The notes beneath the pieces are model-generated. The model was not told where the DNA came from. It made no database searches and worked only from the letters and a program-made list of their open reading frames with translations. DNA of 64,000 bases from Tubulanus polymorphus (taxonomy: Eukaryota > Animalia > Nemertea): assembly GCF_964204645.1 (NCBI RefSeq), contig NC_134031.1:2542001-2606000 (forward strand). Reading direction: 5' to 3'. Positions 54,240-64,000 of this stretch are shown here, one piece after another (the stretch's first letter is position 1; the number at the start of each line of letters is the position of its first letter). A program made the position numbers and the translations under genes.

Positions 54240-56682
54240 ATGGCATCAACTAAGACAGGTAATAGACTTGAATATTCAATTCGGTTGAATCTAACTGTAA
54301 CATTATTCTCAGTTCTGGTAGGCCTACCAGGAAGTTAGCACATATACTGTGGTAGATTAATTGTTTGAACATTTCTTGTAGAAACGCTCCTCTGTAAATG
54401 CGGAGACAAGTGTCAATGTTGCGACGGATGTAAGGGTGGAAAATGTGGCTGCGGTGATGATTGTAAATGTTGTGACAGATGTAAAGATAGCAGTAAATGT
54501 TGCTGCGACGAAGGATGCAAGGGCTGCGTTGATGGATGTAAATGTTGCGACGGCTGCAAAGGAGGAAAATGTGGTTGCGGAGACGATTGTAAATGTTGCT
54601 GCGGTTGCTGCAAATCCGAAGGTAAATAAATATTTCTTTTATGTAAATTCATTTTTCATTACAATGAACGTAGACTTCATTCGTTTGAATATTATCCGAA
54701 AATGGAATCATAGGTTTAGAAATACCAGGGAGACATTTTGCTTTGGAAAATGATTTCCATCAATTCTATATATGCATTAGTGGTGTATAACATTTTTTTT
54801 TCGAAGGTGCCGCAGCAAAATCGTCCTGCAAGTGCGGAGACAAGTGTCAATGTTGCGACGGATGTAAGGGTGGAAAATGTGGCTGCGGTGACGATTGCAA
54901 ATGTTGTGACAGATGTAAAGATAGCAGTAAATGTTGCTGCGACGAAGGATGCAAGGGCTGCGTTGATGGATGTAAATGTTGCGACGGCTGCAAAGGAGGA
55001 AAATGTGGTTGCGGAGACGATTGTAAATGCTGTTGCGGTTGCTGCAAATCCGAAGGTAAATTTCTTCTATTTTTTGAATATACATTTTTTAATTTTGGAT
55101 TTAATGAACGTTGACTACATCCGTATTCGTTTGAATGTCATTCGAGGTAAACTGAATAATATGTGTTGTATTTTTTCAGGTGCCACCGCAAAAACGGCCT
55201 GTAAATGCGGAGACAAGTGTCAATGTTGCGACGGTTGTAAGGGTGGAAAATGTGGCTGCGGTGATGATTGTAAATGCTGTGATAGATGTAAAGTAGATGG
55301 CAGTAAATGTTGCTGCGACGAAGGATGCAAGGGCTGCGTTGATGGATGTAAATGTTGCGACGGCTGCAAAGGAGGAAAATGTGGTTGCGGAGACGATTGC
55401 AAATGCTGTTGTGGTTGCTGCAAATCCGAAGGTAGAATTTGCTTTACTCGAACTTATGTTGTTTTTTTTAAATTAACTTTCGCTCAATTCAGTTCAATGT
55501 ATATTCAATATATGAGAATCAGTTTTCAAAATGACTTTGGGTATGAATAACTAAACCAACAAACTTTTTTCTCCCGATTAAGTTTGGTCTTAAACACATA
55601 AAACATACTCTTATAATGAGACATACTGAATAATACATTTTGTTTTGTTTTTCAGGTGCCGCAGCAAAATCGTCCTGCAAGTGCGGAGACAAGTGTCAAT
55701 GTTGCGACGGATGTAAGGGTGGAAAATGTGGCTGCGGTGATGATTGTAAATGTTGTGACAGATGTAAAGTAGATGGCAGTAAATGTTGCTGCGACGAAGG
55801 ATGCAAGGGCTGCGTTGATGGATGTAAATGTTGCGACGGCTGCAAAGGAGGAAAATGTGATTGCGGAGACGATTGTAAATGCTGTTGTGGTTGCTGCAAA
55901 TCCGAAGGTAAATTTCTTCTATTTTTTAAATATACATTTTTTTCATTTTGGATTTAAAGAACGTTGACTACATCTGTATTCGTTTGAATGTCATTCGAGG
56001 TAAACTGAATAATATGTGTTGTGTTTTTTCAGGTGCCACCGCAAAAACGGCCTGTAAATGCGGAGACAAGTGTCAATGTTGCGACGGATGTAAGGGTGGA
56101 AAATGTGGCTGCGGTGATGATTGTAAATGCTGTGACAGATGCAAAGATAGCAGTAAATGTTGCTGCGACGAAGGATGCAAGGGCTGCGTTGATGGATGTA
56201 AATGTTGCGACGGCTGCAAAGGAGGGAAATGTGGTTGCGGAGACTATTGCAAATGCTGTTGTGGTTGCTGCAAATCCGAAGGTAGAGTTTGCTTTACTCG
56301 AACTTATGTTTTTTTTTTTTTAAATTAACTTTCGCTCAATTCATTTCAATGTATATTCAATATACGAGAATCAGTTTTCAAAATGACTTTGTATCAATTA
56401 CTAATCCAACAAACTTTTTTCTCCCGATTAAGTTTGGTCTTAAACACATAAAACATACTCTTATAATGAGACATACTGAATAATACATTTTGTTTTTGTT
56501 TTTCAGGTGCCGCAGCAAAATCATCCTGCAAGTGCGGAGACAAGTGTCAATGTTGCGACGGATGTAAGGGTGGAAAATGTGGCTGCGGTGAGGATTGTAA
56601 ATGCTGTGACAGATGTAAAGGAGATGGCAGTAAATGTTGCTGTACTGACGGAAGCAAAGGCTGTGGCAGCAAGTGTTGCTGA
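54240..56682 (+). CDS. Giant multi-module metallothionein-like protein, 478 aa, 163 Cys (34%)
   Basis: Exons 54240-54258, 54382-54621, 54807-55055, 55180-55431, 55656-55907, 56033-56281 and 56507-56682, all GT-AG and phase 1, total 1437 nt ending in TGA. CxC/CC/CCC motifs, rich in Lys/Gly/Asp. No His, Phe or Trp, one Tyr, no signal peptide. MREs upstream and AATAAA at 56860-56865. Confidence 0.88.
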
Positions 56683-57302
56683 CTAACCGATGAACCGCTT
56701 CGAAAAAACAAATCAAAGCTTTAATATTCTCTGCAAAAATTCCGTTTACACGATATCATACTGATCAATGTTATAAACCCGCTTTTGGAATTAAGAATAA
56801 TTGCAAATTTGTACTGTATATTTGATACTATTCTATTCATGTTTGTAGCGAAAATGCCAAATAAATATGATCGACTATACGTCTTGTAATTCCCTTTAAA
56901 TGAATGGTTTTCAAAAACTGTTTTTTTTTACTCCCGCATAAGTATCATCATGAGGCGGACATGGAAATAGGGATGGGCCGACGCGCATAACGATTCACCA
57001 GCCTTCCTGTTTGAATCCAGTTTCGGATTAGATTACTTACCCATGGGAAGGTAAATATTTCACGACGTTAAGACATCTTAAGACCAGCAATGTATCGTGT
57101 GAACTTACCGTTCGATAGATGGAACTTACCGTTCTTCATCTGCTCGCATATGACACGTATCGTTGGACCAACAAACATACATACGTATAAAGTTTTGGGG
57201 TTGGATGTAACCCCACTATCAGATGATATTCAGATTCGACAAGATTCACATCAGATAATGATTGGTATATCATCTTAAGAAAGCGAATCTAGGAAGTTTT
57301 AC

Positions 57303-59271
57303 CTGAACAAAGTGGAATGTCGCAGAATTCGTGAACTTTCGATTGATCCGTTGTAAAACACCAGGGGGCGGTACTGTGATTAGGGTTACGACAGTGGTTA
57401 GCGGCTGCTAGTAGATCTCCGTCCGGTAGATCGTTCGCGTCAGTGTTATGATGGTGAGGGCTTTGACTAGCCCAATTTTGACATCGTCGTCCGGAACGCG
57501 TCACCGATGTGTGTCCGCTGTAGTCTGATCCCTTTGTCGTTATCGTACATTCCAAAACGTTAGCTTTTTTTGTTTGCAAGAAAAAAAATTGTAGAAATCG
57601 GAAATTCTCTCAATGACTTTCTATATGTTCAAATCGGTTAGGATTTATTTACTCACTAAGGTTGCACATATTGACGTCGCAGTAGTCATATCTCATATCG
57701 GGATCGGTCGTGTAACACCATGGCCCTGCATCGTGGTCAGGATTACGACAGTAATTTTCTGCTAACGTTAAATCCTGTTCGGGAAATGCATTCGCACGTT
57801 TGTAGTGGACGTGCGGATATTGTCTATCCCATCGTTGACAGGAGTGTCCGAGTAATGTGACGTTTAGATACCCCGAGTAATCAGCCCCTTCTGGTGCAAT
57901 TTTACAGTCCAACAGATGCTCCGGGATTCCTAATTATGAGTAAAGAATCTCACAATGTGTGAACGAATCGAAAACGTTTATTCAAAAATTAGAAATATTT
58001 CGGGTAGTTGCTTCAGTCTAAAATGACTTGCAAATAATTGCGAATACGATTCCTAATTATTTCAAACACGACACACATCTCACTTCGATTTACATCTACT
58101 CAATTCGGCTCTAAGAATTTCTTTCAAATCAAAGCAAATCGAGCAAAGGAGCAAAACATATCAACTCGAAAAATGAACGATTAAACTACGGCTTGAATCG
58201 TAAGCGCGTTGTGATACGATATAAGTGACTGGTTGCCTGTCCCGAAGAAAGAGACCGGTAACCAGTCTTCGATACCAAAATATGAAGGCCACTTTCTAAA
58301 AAGGGGCGTTCGAACGGACGAGCCCCCTGGCTACGGCTTGCTGAGATTAAAGTTCGATTTAAGAATTCACTCATAGTCAACTACGACACTGCGAAACTGG
58401 GTTCAATTACACTTCCTGAGTTTGACTACAAAGTTATTTTTTCATAAACTAATTTCCAGTTAACTGCCGATTCGGGCACTTCTAGAAATTTTTCTGTGCG
58501 GCTAGAAGCACGATAAACAGATTTTTGCATTGGCTCATTTTTGTACTCTAGCGCTAGAATTCATAACGTTATGTTTTCTCGCGTATGGACAAAAAAATGG
58601 ACCGATGTAAAAAAATGTTTTATTCTGCATCTAGCCGTACAAAATTGTTTTATTTGGCCTGAATCGGCCCCCATACTTTCGCCGTACAGTATATATATAT
58701 ATATATATAATGAGAATTCTCCAATTTGTTTTCAATACATGGAACATTATTCCGGTTTCCGTTTACAACTAGTTGGATTAGTTCATTTCACCAATATTCG
58801 AGCACTCGATTTCATACGAAAAACCAATTGAACTTTTATTTTCATTACCCACAAAGTGGATGAATCTAAAGCAGTACCAATTGAAAGAAATGAACTTCTA
58901 GTTTCACATTTCAGAGTTTATAAGCCTACCTATAGAATAAAGCATTCAAAATGCGTGCTTGATTTCAGCAAATTCGCAAGAAATGCGGCGTAAACTGTAG
59001 CGCCTTGAGCCCGGTTTTATAGATGGATTTTAACTTTAACTAAAAAAATCCTACGGTTTATTAAACCATACATCTCTAACAGTAATATATATAAAGATGT
59101 CTAACAGTAATAGTTCTGATTAAACCCACTCTCATATCCTCACAAAGAGATCGGAGTAATTATACTAGGTTATAGTTTTTTTTTTTTATCGGACTTACCT
59201 TTGTCCAGTGAAAATGTCGGAGAAACCATCACGTTCAGAATAATCATCACCAAGTTCCAGTGGCGACGCAT
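57303..59271 (-). CDS. Secreted two-kringle protein (plasminogen/apo(a)-type kringles); last exon uncertain
   Basis: Signal-peptide exon 59271-59199 (MRRHWNLVMIILNVMVSPTFSLDK, AG|GTAAGT). Kringle exons 57929-57657 (ENYCRNPDHDAGPWCYTTDPDMRYDYC) and 57563-57303 (NHCRNPNHSTAPWCFTT), all phase 1. A possible terminal exon starts at 57006. Confidence 0.82.
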
Positions 59272-60919
59272 ATTATAATCAAAGTTATATTTACGACAGC
59301 CCTCAGCAGTGTTGGTTGAATTATTTCGATGCAGATTTCAATCTAGAAAAGATTTCTGATCTTTTGAAATGTAAACGTCTAACCTATTGTTAGATCATTC
59401 CAATGGATAAACTATCGCAGCAATAAGTAAAACTACCTTCCTTCGTAGCCTTGATTACGAATAATTGGGTATTCGTGCGTAAATATTCCTCCAAAATAAT
59501 GAAACGATAGACAATCAATTTTTTCCAATCTCTTGCAATTGTTTTTCTCTGAACAGCCTTTTCGATCCTCTCACCAAACTGAGTGAATCGCGTAGGTCTA
59601 GTTTATTGGAATGCGAAGTGACGCGATGTGGTTATAAAAATTGAATGGATAAATATCGGTTTTTAATCGTGTGCCGTGTACAAGCCATATTAGGCCTATA
59701 AAAATATCGAGCTGCAAAATGTACTTGTTGTAGGAAAATCTTTGAAAGAGGTGTAACAGTTTTACCCTTGAGGGATCGAAAACGCAAAATCAAGCTACTC
59801 ATGAATATGTACTTTTTAATGTTGGCTTACGGTTCGATAATAGTTTTATTTGATAAGATATTACAGAAGGTAACTTAGAAAAAAGGATACAAGCCGGCAG
59901 ATGGCGCATTGTACTCACTCTCGGAATCGTAAACGATGCGTTTCTCGGCCATCTCACAAACTAATATATTTTTTTAGGATTGATTTACGTAGTCTCGTCG
60001 ATTGAAAAAAATACTCCCAGTTAATTCTCCCAAAATTCAGAAAAAAATCTTGCTCAGTTTTCTCCCTCTTGGGTCGGATTGCAACTAACCTCCATTTGCT
60101 CAAAAACTGGTTAAGTTAAACGGCATAGAACCTTGCAACTCATAGGATAGAAAAATTCGAAATATGTTTCATTGATTTATTTCATTACTTGTGTATTCGC
60201 AGGAAAAAGAAAAAAAAACAAAACAATTATTCATTTGGTGGTTTGCCAAAATATTCTGAAATTATTTCTTTCGGAATACAGGATGCTGAACCTTCCTGAT
60301 TTAAAGATAAGATTTCGAATATTTTCCGCATTATCGTCCGTAATATGGGGTTCGATTCTACGGGTGACGAGAAAAAGCGTCTGCTATCCGTAATTTATCC
60401 AAATAGATTTAGAAAGGTGAAAAAAGAAAGATGAAATCTGGATATATTAAAATCATGATTCGGGTTGTTTTAGGCTATTCACAATTCCAAAAAAAAATCG
60501 AATGCATAAAATCGTGAAAATGAGATTTCAGATATATTCGACGTCATCGGGGTCAAGCAAATTGTTAGTTACATCGTATACGGGCAGATGGCGACACTAG
60601 TTAGTTGTCAATATGATAATTAGTAGATGATGTGAAGTGCGCGTGCGCGTGTATTGATGAGATAGATCTACGGGGCTCTGGTGTAGTGAACGCAAGGGAG
60701 CCGCACCCTTCTGTAAGAATCCAGTCTCTATACATACATACGCGCTAAACATCGTCGAAATTCTACGATTTATGGTGAATAAAACGGAATAAAAGTGCTT
60801 TCGGCGTAATTTAGGGTAAGTCCGGATCGAGTGCGTCGGTTTTTCGGGCCTGTTGCCTGGTAGGGTGGCCCGTGCGAGCCCATTTAGGCGACTAAGAGCT
60901 GTTTAGATTTACAATCCCA

Positions 60920-61036
60920 ACCCGGAAGAGAAGTGTCAAAATGGCCGATTTTACTGTTTGGTTTTGTTGTTGATTGAAATTCGAACGAAGTTTTCTCTGT
61001 TCTGGATCGTGTTTTCTGTGATTATTGCCGTGCACG
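60920..61036 (+). promoter_or_regulatory. Probable promoter and non-coding first exon of the G-beta gene
   Basis: ETS-like CCGGAAG (60922), YY1-like CAAAATGGCCG (60937-60947), donor ACG|GTACGT after 61036. Matching acceptor TTTCAG ends at 62910, 18 nt before the ATG. Confidence 0.45.
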
Positions 61037-62928
61037 GTACGTTGTTATCTTTCGTTAAAACGTTTTTGATATTTTAAAACTCTGGTATTCGCTGATTTCT
61101 GAAATATAGCGTTGAAAGTCGGGGTCAGTTTGGGAGTTCCGTCATCGGCTTGGAAGTGAAGTGAATAGCAGTATGAATGGTAGTCGAGCATTTTAATTTC
61201 GTAGCACGAACCTGTAAAGTAGTAAATATAATTTCATGTTGAAGACGTACTAAGGAATTTTTCTTTGAAATAATTGTAGTGCAGTTAGCATCCATCACTA
61301 GACCCCGAGAACATGGATTTACCCATGCATAGCTAGGAACAGCTAGGAATATGGGTTACAAATATCGTCATGATTGGATCTACGATGAAGGGCTGTGTCC
61401 GGGTTTTAAGATTCGAGCCAAGAAACCCCAGCTGCTGGTTAACTGTCATCCTGAAATAAAAAGATTGATTACAAGACTATGTTTCCATTGTTACGTCAAT
61501 GTGATAGAATCAGAATTGTCATAGGCTAATATTTTGAGGGTATCTTCCATATGAGGAGTTGGTGCAGATGGTTCTTGTGCCATATTAGACTATTTTCTGT
61601 CAATGAACATCAGTTGATACTGTGCGTGCTTGTTAATTCTTGCTGAATGAATCTGGCATGATTATCCGGTGTTTTGGGTGTGACACTATCGTGGGTGGTA
61701 ACTAACTAAGCGTTGCATTGATGATGTAAAATAGCTATCAGATCCGAGTTCTCTCGATTATAATGCATGGTCTCTATGAATCTTGATTTCTTAAGAAACT
61801 ATAAAAAAAAACGGAAAATGTTTGTAAATGTGCTTGGAACTTATTTGACTGGAGTAAAATGCTTGAAACTTTTTAGAACTCTTTCAATTTTGAGAAAAAG
61901 GTAATTTATGATTTTGCCTATTTTGTAGTTGTACGGTAGGCTAGGCTAAACTTTGCTAAATTGGTTCAGTTGGGACCAGGATTTGATTTTACCCAGTTAG
62001 GTGCTTAACGAATTAGAAATCGAGTTTGGATAAAAAAATTTGCTTACAAAACCACCAAATTAAATAATTGTTTAAGGCGATAAACAGGACCGGTTTAGGA
62101 AGAGTCTGTAGTAATTGTGGTGCGAAAAAGTGATGCAGATGTTCCTTCAAAATATGACATTTTCTCCTTGAGATCTCCCTGCAACGACCTAGTTTAAAAC
62201 ATTTGCTCAATTTTATTGCACGGTTATTTATGAAAATATCCAGGTGTTTGTCGTACATTCGAGATGGATTTGATCAACTTGAAGATTATCTTGTAAAACT
62301 CAGTAATAGTCGATATGTTTTTAAAACCCCGCCTCAAATTTGAAATATACTAAGAAACTTTGGGAGGGTCGGTCGAGGGAGCGTCGAAGCCACTTATTGG
62401 ATCATCGATTCAAAATAAATTTCAGTCCGGGATTTTTTGACTCATATAACATAATTTTAGATGAATATTGTATATGCGAGTTAATTCACGCTGCAGGGCT
62501 ACCCACAGTAGAGTGCTGTATCGAGAGCATGAATTGATCAATGATTATTGAAAGCGTTGCCATGTAGACCGGCGGTATATAGACTAGTTAGTGTGTGCAG
62601 ATGGTGGCGAGGTATTATAATGGCCGCTCAGCGAGTCTGCACTGGCAAATCTATAAATATTGTATTAGCCACTGTGGAACTAGGATTTAAGCATTATTTC
62701 TTTAACGCCGACTATTTTGGCTGCTAAATGATGAAGTGTGTTCTATTCTATGCAGTATCGGCTACATTAAAAGAAGCGCTTTTAAGTTGAATGTTAGACG
62801 AATATTAGATCTCGGTATTTTTGGAGTTAAAAATCCACGGTTAACAGTTAATTCTGACAGTTTCAGAGTTTTCACTTCGTTACGTTATTTTCGATCGTTC
62901 TATGTTTCAGATTTTATAATTTTTCACG

Positions 62929-63235
62929 ATGAGTGAGTTAGATCAACTACGACAAGAATGTGAACAGCTCAAAAATCAAATTAGGGTGAGTTTTCCGTCG
63001 ATTCGCGACGAAAATCGATTTCGCCGAAATTTCGTCGAATTCCATAAGTACTAATTTTGTCGCTGTTCGATCGGTTTTTTTTTTTGTAGGAAGCCAGAAA
63101 AGCAGCTGCTGATACTACTTTAGGACAAGCCACCCAAAATGTGGAACCCGTCGGTAGAATACAGATGCGCACAAGGCGCACCCTCAGGGGTCATCTTGCC
63201 AAAATATACGCCATGCATTGGGCGACGGATTCTAG
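62929..63235 (+). CDS. GNB1: Heterotrimeric G-protein beta subunit (GNB1-4 class), first two coding exons; the gene continues beyond the window
   Basis: Exons 62929-62985 ([19 protein letters not shown]) and 63090-63235 ([49 protein letters not shown]). Closely matches the canonical G-beta N-terminus. Absent from the ORF track because it is spliced. Confidence 0.97.
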
Positions 63236-64000
63236 GTATGTATTTTGAGTATATTTACAGAAAATATTTTCTTCAGATAATACAGTGTCCCGCTTCATCA
63301 AACGTTTGGCTTCGATAAATTAAAAATTTACTAATCAAGAGAAAACACGGGAAAGTTTTGAATTGAACTTCTGTCGAAATCGAAAATGTCTTCTATCCTG
63401 TCGGGATAATTTATTTAACGTTTTAGTACGTGAACAGTAAATCTATTACTGGTGGTACCTTCAATACGACGGGGATACTGCCGAAATTAAGCTCTGATTA
63501 TTGGTCACTGCACTGTAATACCTGGATACGGTGACAATCATCTTATAGCGAGTCTCCCGGGGCAACGCGAGTCATAGTATTTATTCATTGCGCTAGTCAC
63601 GGATTGTTCGCCGATGACTAATTTCGCTACGGTTTTTAAAACCGGAGTAAAATTGAGATTACGTAGTATTTGCAGCGGTAGCACCTGTGAAACGAGGCTT
63701 TCGTTTCAATCGGTTTTAACGGCAAAAAAACAAGTGATAGAATCGCTCGACGCCGTGCACTGCCGACTACTACGCCGAAGAAAATTCATAATCAGTTCCA
63801 AGAGATATAGATTTTCTGTCGGGAGTGCGGTGGCTTCGGTGAGCTAGCTGTGAGCCGATGACTCACCCCCAGCCTCTCAGCCTGCTGCTACCGCTCGGCT
63901 GCTGCTTCACGTATCTTTAGCATCCGCTGTTACTAAATATAGCATTGATCAGCATTTGAGCATATTGGTGTATATTATAAGAGAAGAGCTCGCAGTGTCA

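Noticed and set aside
54413-56323. Gln/His/Pro-rich antisense ORFs and VNVATA-type alternate-frame ORFs over the MT array
   Set aside because: Shadows of the repetitive TGT/TGC/AAA/GGA codons. Only the Cys frame is supported by splice phases, start, stop and promoter.
54240-56682. Interpretation as a keratin-associated or secreted disulfide-rich protein, or as six separate small MT genes
   Set aside because: No signal peptide, no Pro, and MREs upstream. Internal modules lack their own start and stop and carry splice sites on both sides. Not fully excluded without binding data.
57289-57912. Calling the kringle gene plasminogen, HGF or apolipoprotein(a)
   Set aside because: No PAN or serine-protease domain is visible, and kringles alone do not establish orthology.

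Overview
AT-rich eukaryotic DNA with GT-AG introns. Gene content suggests an invertebrate, possibly a lophotrochozoan (inference only). All exon coordinates were derived by hand from splice signals and reading-frame continuity, not from transcripts. Left to right: (1) an intronless class A GPCR of the FMRFamide/peptide-receptor-like group (3048-4109, +). (2) About 27 kb with no recognisable CDS, carrying MITE/SINE remnants and a candidate distant first exon of TMEM26. (3) TMEM26 (31131-33636, +). (4) A very large secreted modular locus on the minus strand (50782-34271): signal peptide, lipocalin, 19 antistasin-like repeats, a poly-Arg exon, 19 acidic Ser-Gly repeats, VWD(GDPH)-C8-TIL-EGF and a Thr/Ser-rich mucin tail. 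It is either one ~3577-aa gene with a shorter isoform, or two genes. (5) A 7-exon giant modular metallothionein-like gene (54240-56682, +; 478 aa, 163 Cys) built from duplicated symmetric phase-1 exons, with MRE motifs upstream. (6) A small secreted two-kringle protein gene (-). (7) The 5' end of a G-protein beta subunit gene (62929 onward, +). The giant metallothionein and the lipocalin-antistasin-mucin locus are the strongest novelty candidates.
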